DNA of 64,000 nt from Octopus sinensis (taxonomy: Eukaryota). The notes under the pieces are model-generated. The model had not been told where the DNA came from and did no database searches. It worked only from the letters and a program-made list of their open reading frames with translations. The DNA lies in contig NC_043001.1 of the NCBI RefSeq assembly GCF_006345805.1, positions 131,316,001 through 131,380,000 on the forward strand, written 5' to 3'. Each line of letters begins with the position of its first letter. Position 1 is the stretch's first letter. Below are positions 40,501-53,079 of this stretch, one piece after another. The translations under genes and the position numbers were made by a program.

Positions 40501-43161
40501 GAGAGATAGCCAATTTAAGTTTTAATTTTTATCATATCACTGAATTCTAAGTTTTATTTTGCATTATTGATTTTAAATCAAGAGCATATCTAATAGGTAA
40601 CACAAATTTCTAATATTCCTTTGATAGTAATTCAAACAAAAAACAAACAAAAGACTAATTTCTATATTACCTAAAATTTAAAAACGTAAACATTCTGATA
40701 ACGACTTTCACTTTATTGAATATAACAATTATGTTATCAAGCCACTGAGATTTGGTGACAAAAATGGTAGCTTTCTTACACCAGCTAAAAATTTATTAAA
40801 ATGAAATTGCAAAAGCTATTTTATAGGTTATGCATTCCCCTCGCAATCAACTCAACTCACAACTGTGCAATCACTGCCTTATCTCATCTCTGCTCTTTAG
40901 TTTACCACCCGATACTATCATTGCTCAAAATCTTTCTATGTAGTTTGTGTCATCTGTTTATCATAGCAACACTATAATCAATTCATTGGCCTTAATTTGG
41001 ATGCACCTAAATATACTGCAACTCAGCCTACATTTTCTTTTCACAAACACTCTCTGAAAGACTACCTTCATAACAATCCTTTATCTTTACCAGAGATCAA
41101 AAGAATTGATTGTAATTTTTAATGTAATGTAACATTAAAAATTAAAAAGGTTCATCCTTCATTTTTAATTTAAGGTTTAACTTTATTCTTTGATGTCAAC
41201 TTATGGAAATGGACTGAAGTGCTTGAGAATCATTCAGTCAACAACATCAGAGCTTAGAGAATTGGGATAACTCCCAAATTATACAATGATCTTTTGGGCA
41301 ATATGGATTATTTAAATTGCTATAAATTATAAATTTAGCTAGCATCTTTCAAAAGTAAAATTAAACAAGACTGTTTGACTGCATCATTATATTTACATTA
41401 TTTAATTTGATAAATCTTTCTCAATTCAATTTACTTTAACATATAATCTTGAAGTACATTTTCTTTGCTAATTTCATCATTAATATTAAATGACAGAGAT
41501 CAACATCTGAAAAGTAGAAATTTTAACTGATTTTCTTTTAAAACTTAAAAACATACAGTTTTAACAAGTAACTCCTAAGAAAAAATCTGTATAAACTTCA
41601 AAATATATGAAATACACACACACGTATACTGAAATTGAATTGTTCTGTTAATTCAAAATATTTTAGAATTCCAACAACTATATTACCTTTAAAATTTTTT
41701 CATATTGACAAAAATACGAAAAAAAATTGCAAAAGTAGATAAATTCTTTACAAAAGAAATTAGGATAATATAAGTGATTTAGAAGGGTGAATTTAAAGAC
41801 AGTATGAAAGAATTAGTAGTTGAAAAATAAGGAATTCAGTGGTTTATAAAGGTATTAAAAGTTAAGATTAATCAGAGGTTAAGATATAAAAGCTCTATTA
41901 AGATTGCAAATATAGCCATGTCAGCTACACTAATGATTTGCTTAAAACAAGAGAGTTTTAGGAAAAAATAGAGAACAACAAAAGCATAAAAATATATACT
42001 TGGAAAAATTTAATGACAATTTGACTGACAGATATCAGAAATTATGAAATTAAGTCGTTAAAGTTCATATATTTTTTCATCAAGTATTTTAAATCATAAC
42101 ATATTTGAGCTGGGTATTGTTGAATTTAGAACTAAGAGAATGACAAATTTTATCCAGCATATTGAATGGAATGAAAAAAAACAAGCTCACTTTGAAAATC
42201 TTAATGATTTTCATTTTTTGTTCCAATAATATAACAGAAATAAGTTATCAATATTTTTCAATCATTAAAAAATATTTCAGATTCTGTTTATAAAATTACA
42301 ATTAATAAAGTATTAAGTGTTGAAATATTCAGTGCAATGTCAATAAAAACAATATCCAGGTTGTTGATGATTTGACAATTATTTGCAAAATCATTAGCAA
42401 AGATTTTATTTGTTATTTTTGCACTTTAATCCTATTTTACACAATTTATTGAAAAGAAACAAAAAACAAGTTTTAGAAGGGTATAAATTTATGCGTCTTA
42501 CACAATGATTGGTAAAATATTCAACAGCAGAATACTCGGAGTTCCAGTCTCCTAAGAGAAGTTATAATTCCAATACTATCCATTGAAAAACTTACAAGTT
42601 TATTTTATAATTTCAGATGTACATTAAGAAGACAAGCAAAAACATGTGATGTGCAACTACCACTAGATTAAAACCAACTGGTACCCTAAGCCAGTGGTCA
42701 TCAGTCTTTGTGACACTGTGGTACACTAGACATTGAATCACATAGAAAGTCTACAATTAGTGGAACACTTTGCATGGAGAGTTTTAAACTACTGGCACAC
42801 TTCACATGGAAAGATAATAAGTTATAAAAACATATAGAAACTATCATTCACTTAGTTTTATTGTTGTTTTAGCAGATGTTTTAAGGCACTCACACAAACA
42901 TCAATATGGATTTTCTGAAGCCTTAAAATATATATTTTAAAATCCACAGCAGTTTACGAACCAATGACCTAAACACGTGCCAATAATGATGCCCCTTAAC
43001 TTTCCCATTGCCCAACAGTCAAGATATCAAGACATGCACACTAATTTGTTAAATAACAGATTCAAAGTTCAGTTTTGCACATTCAGATTATCATGCCAGG
43101 CCTGCCTCTATAACTACAAATATAGCCTACTATTTTAAACATATAATACTAAGCAGCAATA

Positions 43162-43559
43162 ACTCTTTCACTCTTTTACTCTTTTACTTGTTTCAGTCAT
43201 TTGACTGCAGCCATGCTGGAGCACCGCCTTTAGTCGAGCAAATCGACCCCAGGACTTATTCTTTGTAAGCCCAGTACTTATTCTATCGGTCTCTTTTGCC
43301 GAACCGCTAAGTGACGGGGACGTAAACACAGCAGCATCGGTTGTCAAGCAATGCTAGGGGGACAAACACGCACACATATATATATATACATATATACGAC
43401 AGGCTTCTTTCAGTTTCCGTCTACCAAATCCACTCACAAGGTATTGGTCGGCCCGGGGCTATAGCAGAAGACACTTGCCCAAGATGCCACGCAGTGGGAC
43501 TGAACCCGGAACCATGTGGTTGGTTAGCAAGCTACTTACCACACAGCCACTCCTGCGCC
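43162..43559 (-). mobile_element. SINE family A
   Basis: Full-length reverse match. Confidence 0.92.
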
Positions 43560-44590
43560 TGTAAACAATTTATTTACACATAACTAGAACCATAAAAAAA
43601 AAATTTTTAAACTTCATTTATAATCAAAAAATGAAAAACCTTATCATTCATCATTTGCACTGGAAAAAACTCTGGGGTACCCAACTTTCTTAAAATGCTC
43701 TAAATACATAAATATAAGTTCTATGCACAACCAAAATGGATATTAAAATAGTCTCAGAAAAGAACTATAAATAAAAATATATAAAATAATTTTAGTAAAG
43801 CCTTTTTATAAAATTTTTTACAGGATTGATAAATCCAGTGTAGTTTTAAACCCTAATAGTTTTGGGCATAATTCAAAATAAAGATAGAAATTGCTAAAAG
43901 ATGAAACAGATATTTAGTTACTGCTTTAAAGATGATATTTAAATATCAATTCCCATAAATTTATGATTCAAGGTCAATAAACACTGAAGATAGAAACTTT
44001 CAAATTTCCCCGTTTATAATTTATACCAAATTGAAAAGGAAATTTCTATCTTATTTTCCTTTTAAAAATATCCCTTTCATAAAAAAAGGAAATTAAACAC
44101 AAAAATAGATTGCTAGATTATAACACTTTAATCTATTTAGCTTCACATAGCTTCTAATTGGAAAGGAATAATTCCAGAATAGAATGGTTAGGTTTAAATG
44201 ATTATAAATTATAATAATTGAGCTCGATAAGCTTGCCACTGAAAGAGATAAAGAGCTAGTTATAAATAGGTGGGATTTAGCTTATCAAGGGTATAGGTAA
44301 TATAACTTGTAGGTAATAGAGTGGTGGAATTAAGCAGTTAATCAACTACAGTTTGCCCTGAAAGAAAAACGGAAACATAAAATACATAGAAAATTCCAAC
44401 AATAAAAGAAGAAAAATCTGTTACTGAAATTAATTTGTTTTCTTCTCTTTTTGAAGAATACTTATCCTGTGAATTATCTACTTAAAAATCAACTTGATTT
44501 TAATGAACAAAAGTAAATAAACAACCATCATAATGTCGTATAAAAAAAATAATAACAACAACAATAATAATGATAAAAATAATAATGATA

Positions 44591-44978
44591 ATTTTGGCTC
44601 AAGGCCAGCAATTTCGGGAAGGGAGTAAGTCGATTACATCGACCCTAGAGTTCAACTGATACGTATTTTATAGACTCTGAAAGGATGAAAGGCAATGTCG
44701 ACCTCAGCCGAATTTGAACTCAGAACATAGCGATAGGCGAAAAACCTATTTCTTAACTACCTACAAAGGGCTAAACACAGAGGAGACAAACAAGGACAGA
44801 CAGACAGACGGATTAAGTCGATTATATCGATCCCAGTGCGTAACTGGTACTTATTTAATCGACCCCGAAAGGATGAAAGGTAAAGTCGACCTCGGCGGAA
44901 TTTGAACTCAGAACGTAACGGCAGACGAAATACCGCTAAGCATTTCGTCCAGCGTGCTAACAGTTCTGCCAGGACGCC
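44591..44978 (-). mobile_element. Head-to-tail dimer of family B SINE bodies
   Basis: Two cores joined at aaaacc|tatttctt (about 44746), with a single head ending ccaggacgcc. Confidence 0.85.
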
Positions 44979-45050
<72 letters not shown>

Positions 45051-45075
45051 TAATAATAATAATAATAATAATAAT
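44979..45075. repeat. Back-to-back (TTA)n(TAA)n microsatellite palindrome
   Basis: TTA run 44979-45016 switches to an AAT run 45017-45075. Confidence 0.95.
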
Positions 45076-45216
45076 CTACACAGAATAAGCTTCGGCTGCA
45101 ATGAACAGATACTGCTAGATGTCCCAGGAGAGTAATCTATCGTATTTTCATTATCGTTTGACGGCATACGAAAATTGATCAATTACTTTCGTTTTCTGGC
45201 TAATAAAAAAATTATA

Positions 45217-45280
<64 letters not shown>

Positions 45281-45567
45281 AAAGTGAGAGATAACGTATT
45301 TCAATTTATTTCGAACAGCTTTACTCCAGTAACACGGGGCATTTTGCTAATCTTATTCACATCCACTTGCCAAACATAGCGCTGGACAGAATCACGTAGA
45401 AAAACACAGTTATTAATATTGCGCTTGTAATTGAATTACTTATAAGACAAAAGCGAGATAAGTGCAACTGAGATTAACTAAGTAGCATAACATTAGAAGC
45501 TGGGTGATAAAGTTAATTGTTGATGAAATGCCTGAAAATGGGGGGAAAAAAATTTTTTAAAAAGTTA

Positions 45568-45607
45568 AAGGATGACACGCAAATTCGTGAAGCGTTCCAT
45601 ATTTTTT
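45568..45607 (+). pseudogene. U6: U6 snRNA 3'-terminal fragment (40 nt), 5'-truncated
   Basis: aaggatgacacgcaaattcgtgaagcgttccatatttttt matches the conserved 3' end of metazoan U6. Upstream U6 sequence is absent. Confidence 0.92.
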
Positions 45608-45612
45608 AGATA

Positions 45613-45777
45613 GGCGCAGGAGTGGCTGTGTGGTAAGTAGCTTGCTAACCAACCACATAGTTCCGGGTTCAGTCCCACTGCGTGGCATCTTGGGCAAGTG
45701 TCTTCTGCTATAGCCCCGGGCCGACCAATGCTTTGTGAGTGGATTTGGTAGACGGAAACTGAAAGAAGCCTGTCGTA

Positions 45778-45848
<71 letters not shown>

Positions 45849-46052
45849 TTGTCCTCCTAGCATTGCTTGACAACCGATGCTGGTGTGTTTATGTCCCCGT
45901 TACTTAGCGGTTCGGCAAAAGAGACCGAAAGAATAAGTACTGGGCTTACAAAAAGAATAACTCCCGGGGTCGAGTTGCTCGATTAAAGGCGGAGCTCCAG
46001 CATGGCCGCAGTCAAATGACTGAAACAAGTAAAAGAGTAAAGAGTAAAGAGT
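45613..46052 (+). mobile_element. SINE family A directly downstream of the U6 fragment
   Basis: Full-length copy starting 5 nt after the U6 oligo-T. Confidence 0.93.
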
Positions 46053-46074
46053 AATTGAAAAATAAAAAAAAAGG

Positions 46075-46223
46075 AAACTACAACTCCAAAACCATGCAGC
46101 CATCAGTAGCAGAATCTCTATAAACATAGCTGGAAGTGCCATGAAGAAAAAGACATACCAGCAACACGTGACTGAAAAATAAGAAAATCGTTTTTTTTTT
46201 TTTTCTACAGTAGACAGCACGTG
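46075..46223. promoter_or_regulatory. Possible regulatory island: ZNF143/ACTACA-like motif plus two E-boxes
   Basis: aaactacaactccaaaaccatgc (46075-46097); CACGTG at 46165 and 46218; non-repetitive, CpG-retaining context. Confidence 0.25.
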
Positions 46224-46668
46224 GTGTTCTCTCGAAAAATAAACAAAGGTTTAATGCGTAAAGGAGTTTAATACGTCTAGAAAAGGGCCTAGAGGGGACA
46301 AATTTTCTTTCAGACCGGTTTGAATAAAAAGGGACTAGATTCAGTTTTTGTTTTGTTTGGGGGTGGGTAGCCTTTTTTTTTTTTTTTTTTGATATTTCTT
46401 TGCAGTATTTTATTATAGGTGGGGATTTGTAGATATATTTTCCCAAAGTACATTTTTAGCAAAATTTCAATATCATAATCCTATAATCGGTGTGTACATA
46501 GTATGAGGGTTGACACAATAGTCGCTGCTTTTCATACAATTCCAGAATAATGACGCTGTTCTTAATCCTCAAATCAGCCCTGATCAATGTTGTTCCATCC
46601 ATGACCATCCCATTTTTCTTTCGCGTTGTGTATGTAAGATGATAATTATATTTTCGTTTTTAAAAAGT

Positions 46669-47065
46669 TACTCTTTACTCTTTTACATGTTTCAGTCATT
46701 TGACTGCGGCCATGCTGGAGCACCGCCTTTAGTCGAGCAAATCGACCCCGGGACTTATTCTTTGTAAGCCTAGTACTTATTCTATCGGGTTTTTTTGCCG
46801 AACCGCTAGTGACGGGGACGTAAACACACCAGCATCGGTTGTCAAGCAATGCTACGGGGACAAACACAGACACACAAACACATACATACCTATACATATA
46901 TACGACAGGCTTCTTTCAGTTTCCGTCTACCAAATCCACTCTCAAGGCATTGGTCGGCCCGAGGCTATAGCAGAAGACACTTGCCCAAGACGCCACGCAG
47001 TGGGACTGAACCCGGAACCATGTGGTTGGTTAGCAAGCTACTTACCACACAGCCACTCCTGCGCC
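46669..47065 (-). mobile_element. SINE family A
   Basis: Full-length reverse match. Confidence 0.92.
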
Positions 47066-48525
47066 TTAGGGTATTATTTAAGAGGAATTCAGTTGCTATT
47101 TGTCGTACGGTGAACGACCACGAAGAAGCATCCTCGTTGGCGCAACACAAATAAGTTGTTATTCTTATTATGACCGAGGGAAGCGTTCAGCATACTGAAC
47201 ACGGACATGTCAGGGTCCCGCGGTGGATAGAAAACTTCATTCAATTGAAATATCCAATTAATAAGCGAAAACGTATCTAAGAGGAGCTAAAATCTAAAAA
47301 CACCAAACTGCTTTTCCTTATGCATTATAACGATATTCTAAACTTAAACTGATTCTTCTGCTACTGAAAATAAACAAGGCATTTTCTCCTTCACTCATTA
47401 TTCCTGATCATTATTCAATGATGCCATCTCATTTCAGTGTCTCTGCTAACTAGTTCCTTTCAGGCCTCCAGCCCAGTCCCCCAAGTCATGAACCTTGCAA
47501 TGACAATCAGTTCACCAATGTTCCTAGATCAAACGCAACCCTTAATTTGATACAGCATCACGTGAACTGTTCTCAGGAATCATTCATTCACATTTTCTTT
47601 TCCTTTTTCTCATTGCACATAAGTCTTCATCAGATTTGTTCATTGGTGAATTATGAAGACCAGGATTTCAACTGAGACGCTGCCATGAGGGGAACCAAAG
47701 GATCATAAATATTCACCTTGTGTGTGCCCTCGCAATCAAGGAAGATATAAAGGTAGAAATATTTCCTTGTTATAGATATGCATAATACTTTAATGACCAC
47801 TTGCTTTCTGGTTACAAGGAACAATCAATGGGGTACTCTGATATTTACTATTGTTATTTACTTTAGCTTTCTGTTACCCCTAACTCTCACAAGACAATGA
47901 GACTATTGAGTCCTTAAATGGAAGCCTCTCATAGTCAGTTGTGTGCCACAGTCTTAGCAATGTGTTTTGAGGGTTTTCCACTTCCTTGACATCATTCCTG
48001 GTGGTCTTAGTGCATACTCATTCAGCAATACAAGTATTCCTATGTTCAAATATACTAATGGAAGAATGCCTTTAAATTGGCTGCCTGGTTCAGCAGGCAT
48101 TTTGATTGGTCACTTTTTGTCCAGTAGGGTTTATCAAAACACACTACCTTAGGATAGCCTGGTGAAGATGCCAGTTTTTTTTTTTCACAAATGACCTAAC
48201 CGTCTAATGCAATGTACTGAGTAACGCACTACCAGTAGCACCTACAACTAATCTCTGTCTCTAGATTGACACACTAATCAAGAGAACAGTTGATAACTGT
48301 TGAAGTACTCACCAGTTTTCACACCAAAAATGTAGTGTTCATAGGACTAGCTGTATGTTATAAGGTGACTGTAAATATTGCTCAATGAAACCAGTGTCAT
48401 TTTTAATATACATTATGCATATCTATGTTGTTCAATCTATTAAGGAGCCATATTCTTGCAGTATTTGGGCAATAATGTGGTTGAGAAGAAATTGTGTGTG
48501 TGTGTGTGTGTGTGTATACTTACAT

Positions 48526-48677
48526 ATCATCATCAGATGGTTTGACTGGAACTGGCAAACTGGAGAGTAACACCAGGATCCAGTCTGACTTCAGCTTGCT
48601 TTCTACGGCTGGATGACCTTCCCAACACCAACCACTCCAAGTGTAGAAGGTGCCTTGTACATGTCACTGGCATGGGT
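48526..48677 (-). mobile_element. Degraded SINE family C
   Basis: atcatcatc tail and tttctacggctggatgaccttcccaacaccaacc, the reverse of the 4940-4980 motif. Confidence 0.7.
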
Positions 48678-48770
48678 GTTATATATATTTATAAATGCAT
48701 CTTTTGCTTATATATATCCCTACATACAAAGATTTATATACACATACACATCTATATACAAACTTTTGTA

Positions 48771-50340
48771 TTGGGTCATCCCATAAATAATGCAGTTTTT
48801 TTATATTTCTTTTATAAGTTCTTTTTTAATCTAAAATATACTCCCCAATTTCTACAATGCTCTTCCATCTCTTTAGTAGACTTGCAAGGTCCCTCTCCCA
48901 AAATTCACATGTCCATGATGAAAAATACTCCTCCAGTACTGTTCTGACCTCATCTATAGAATTCATGTTTTCTGTCCAAATGATTTTGAAGACTGTGGAA
49001 TAAATGATAATAAGATGGGGCAATGTTCGGCAAATATGGTGGGTGGGGCATCGTTTCCCATTCAAACTGCACCAGTTTGAATGAAGTGTCACCTTCGCTG
49101 TATGTGCCCGAGCATTAACCTGATGGAAGAACACCTTTTATCTTGAAACCAAGGAAGATCATTCTTCTAGTACTGACTTAAGTTGTTCAATCTGCTCACT
49201 TTAGATCTCTGTTATTGTTTGGTTTGGTTTGGTTTGTTTTAAAAGTTCAAAGTGGACTAAAACTTTCATATCCCACCAAACAGATAACAACAGTTACGTG
49301 GGTGAAGTGTTTCTCCTTTCCCTACCCACTGTCTTCAGCACTTGACATTTTTATAGAGAACACATTTCTCTTCACCAGTCACTATTTGATCAAAAAAAAA
49401 AAAAAAAATGGGGTTTCATTCTTGAGACATGACAGCAAAGAAGAGCACACATTCACTCTCTGCACACAGTTAGACTTGCTGACTTTTCCGATGGCACGCA
49501 GGTGTAAATGATTGGTTGAATGACCAAATCCATGCTTCTCTACTAGTTCAACAGCTACGATAGGATTTTGGGATCTTTTCACTTTCATTGGCAGATCGAG
49601 AAATTAATTTCGTTTGTCACTGTTTTTTATGACATCGTTCGTGCGTTTGTACTGGTTTTGGTTTTAGGGTTAGGGTGTTAGGGTTAGGGTTACGGAAAAA
49701 AGTGAAAAATGAAGAAATTGGAGAGGCCAGGGTAAGGGGACCAAAAAATTTCAAAATCTGGCAATTTACACCACCAATAGTTGTTGTTGACAAACAACAG
49801 CAGTAATTTTATTCAGCTGAATGAATACACGTCATTGATTGGTTGAAATTACCGAAACGACAACTTTAATACGAAATAACATCGTAAATAGAATCTTTTC
49901 TCAACAACGCTAATAATAAAAGATGTTTTATATGACACATTCTACCAGTGTCCGAAGTTTGAAAGTGTTTAGTTACAAAAAATTAATTTCTCGATCTGCC
50001 GATGAAAGTGAGAATATCCGGATTTTGTTCCACCAAGGTTTGCAGGACGTCCTCGTCGAGCTCTACGGATCTTCCAGGACGAGGCTCGTCTTATAGGCTG
50101 TAGTTTCCAGCGAGGGATTTCTGGAACCACCGTTGACACTTGCTTACTCTTATTGTCCGATCCCCATATACTGCATTAATATTCTTTGCACTTTCCGTTG
50201 CGTTGTTGCCTTTATTGAAATCATAAAGCAAAATACGCCGAATATGTTCCATTGTCACTTCCATTATAGCTTTGAAAAAATAAGTGTTAAAATCAAACTG
50301 CACTCATCAAAACTTGCACTAAGAATAAGGACAAGGTAAA
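48771..50340 (-). mobile_element. Mariner relic interrupted by a MITE; one TIR visible
   Basis: ta|ttgggtcatcccataaataatgc TIR-like end. Minus-strand transposase: MEVTMEHIRRILLYDFNKGNNATES...DEPRPGRSVELDEDVLQTLVEQN|PIVAVELVEKHG...FHQVNARAHTAK...RWKSIVE.GEYILD. Confidence 0.88.
49571..50019. mobile_element. 449-bp MITE with 40-bp TIRs (GG...CC) and 8-bp TSD
   Basis: TIR ggatcttttcactttcattggcagatcgagaaattaattt versus its inverse ending at 50019 (3 mismatches). TSD ggattttg at 49563-49570 and 50020-50027. Removing it restores the mariner reading EQN-PIV. Confidence 0.93.
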
Positions 50341-50360
50341 ATTACTACTGCACAGACACA

Positions 50361-50580
50361 CGTATCTACCTACAAACATTTGCATATACACACATAGCTA
50401 CCTACCAACATTTGCATATACACACATAGCCACCTACAAACATTTGCATATACACACATATCTACATATAAACATCGTATACACATAAATATCTACCTAC
50501 GAACATTACATATAGATACATATCTACATATAAACATTGTATATACATACATATCTAAATATAAACACTATATGTAGATA
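50361..50580. repeat. ~30-bp minisatellite
   Basis: Repeated (ta)tctacctacaaacatttgcatatacacaca units, diverging to the right. Confidence 0.85.
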
Positions 50581-50594
50581 TATATATATATATA

Positions 50595-50760
50595 TATTTC
50601 TTTACTGCCCACAAGGGGCTAAACACAGAGGGGACAAACAAGGACAGACAAAGGGATTAAGTCGATTACATCGACTACCAGTGCGTAACTGGTACTTAAT
50701 TTATCGACCCCGAAAGGATGAAAGGCAAAGTTGACCTCAGAGAAAGGCAAAGTTGACCTA
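50595..50760 (-). mobile_element. 5'-truncated SINE family B
   Basis: Tail and core present. Ends with a short duplicated gaaaggcaaagttgacct. Confidence 0.85.
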
Positions 50761-51377
50761 ACATTGCATATACCTACATAAATACTACACACAAACATAC
50801 ACACTATCAAGCATTATGTATCACACACACACACACACACAAAAAGAAACATTGAGTATTTGAAATTCTGAGAGGAATTACTAAATACATAAAACACACG
50901 GAAAACGAGGCTAAATAGTCCGGGAAATTTAAATTATCAAAAACAAACAAACCAACGTCTTGTGTTTCTACCTCCGTAAAATGAAAGTAATTTTTGCGCA
51001 TATTTTTGAACGTACATTTTTAGTTGGAAATCGTATTATATTGTTTATTCAGAATAGATAACACGCAAAAAATTAATCTACTTAATCTGAAGAAAACTTC
51101 GACATTATAGTTTATTTCTTCGTTGTATTATTTTAATCAGTGAAAGCAGACGACACCAAAAATAGAGGTTTTATTTTGTATTATTAATTCTGTTTAGTTT
51201 GTTATTATTGCCGACAAAAATGAGTAAAGTGAATTGAAAAAACACAGAAAATTTTGACATTTATAACTTTCGGTAGAATGATAACCGTTATTTTTCTTCT
51301 TGGATTAAAGAAAAAGCCTCCCCCGGTTTCTTTTTTTTTTTTTTTTTTTGCATTATCTTACTCCAGTAATAAACTTA

Positions 51378-51786
51378 CACTCTCTTTACTCTTTTATTTG
51401 TTTCAGTCATTTGACTGCGACCATACTGGAGCACCGCCTTTAGTCGAGCAAGTCGACCCCGGGACTTATTCTTTGTAAGCCCAGTACTTATTCTATTGGT
51501 CTTTTTTGCCGAACCGCTAAGTGACAGGGACATAAACACACCAGCATCGGTTGTCAAGCAATGCTAGGGGGAAGAACACAGACACACAAACATATACACA
51601 CACACATACATATACATATATATACGACAGGCTTCTTTCAGTTTCTGTCTACCAAATCCACTCACAAGGCATTGGTCGGCCCGGGGCCATAGCAGAAAAC
51701 ACTTGCCAAGGTGCCACGCAGTAGGACTGAACCCGGAACCATGTGGTTGGTAAGCAAGCTACTTACCACACAGCCACTCCTGCACC
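51378..51786 (-). mobile_element. SINE family A
   Basis: Full-length reverse match. Confidence 0.92.
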
Positions 51787-52219
51787 TTGTAGAATTTTAA
51801 ATAATCCTTTACTTTTCTCGTCACACTGAGTGTGTCCTGGCGTATTGTGACAATTGTGGATAGGCAGTTAACTATTATCAGAGAAACATGTGACTATAAG
51901 TTCGAAGTTCTAAATAAAATGTTTCTAAAACACTAACACCTCACAGAGGTTTATCTAACAACCTATGTCAGTTTCGACTTAGATACAAATAAAACGATCA
52001 ATCCACTGAAGCAAAAAAAAATCTTACTCATATTGTGTTGACGTGAAGTAGTTACACAGAAAATATGGAATTTACGTAAAGACGAGTCTTGAAATGTTTA
52101 AGGAGAAAAGACTGGCCCGTCACGAGACTTTGATGCCTGGGGGGTGGGGTGCTTCAGAGTATTCTGGGTGGGCACCAGTTTGCATTGCGGAAAGATCTTT
52201 GTAAACTGTATTTTCTAAA

Positions 52220-52449
52220 GGCGGCGAGCTGGCAGAAACGTTAGCGCGCCGGGCGAAATGCGTAGCCGTATTCGTCTGCCGTTACGTTCTGAGTTCAAAT
52301 TCCGCCGAGGTCGACTTTACCTTTCATCCTTTCAGGGTCGATAAATTAAGTACCAGTTACGCACTGGGGTCGATGTAATCGACTTAATACCTATGTCTGT
52401 CGTTGTTTGTCCCCTCTATGTTTAGCCCCTTGTGGGTAATAAAGAAATA
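52220..52449 (+). mobile_element. SINE family B, full length, with 13-bp TSD
   Basis: TSD tgtattttctaaa at 52207-52219 and 52450-52462. Confidence 0.95.
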
Positions 52450-53079
52450 TGTATTTTCTAAATAGTAAAGGAGCAGTGTCGTCCAGTGTACCCCTTAAGC
52501 GACGAGTATGGGGAGAGGAAATGGAGAATCAAAGAATTTACTTCTTCCTTTCAGCAACACTTTTGCGGTAAATACCAGTGCTGGATTTAGGCATATAAAT
52601 TAAACAAGGTGGTATTTTTTTTTTTTTTTTTTTAACAAAGTGTTTCTGAAATTATAACTTAGGACCTAACCAAGCCTAAAGTTGATACTGTGATACCCTG
52701 TAGAATATACAGGGCTGTCTCAACGGTACAGCAGCCCCACCCTGACAAAACAATGCACCGGGGGGGGGGCACAACCACAATAAAGGTATAGTTCTGTGAG
52801 GACCGTGCCTTAAGAAGACAATAAACATATGATAGTAATGTTTTTTCACAAAGGAGACACGCATGAGGGGACATTACGAATACAAGAAAGATAGAAAGAA
52901 GTTAGTATTTAGGTTGAATTGGGTAAGAGAGAAAAAATGAAAGGAAAAACAAGGGCTTATATATATATCCCTCCTCAAAAAAAAAAAAGGAAGAACAAAC
53001 ACAACAAGCAAAAAACAACAACGCGAAGGCGAGGTACATGCAAAGTATTAGCAGACACTCAGGGAAGGAAAGAAAGGTA

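Noticed and set aside
46078-46142. Signal-peptide-like MALPAMFIEILLLMAAWFWSCS on the minus strand
   Set aside because: No credible donor site; it runs into a T tract and a SINE tail.
49664-49692. True or interstitial telomere
   Set aside because: Only four units, and they lie inside a MITE bounded by TIRs and a TSD.
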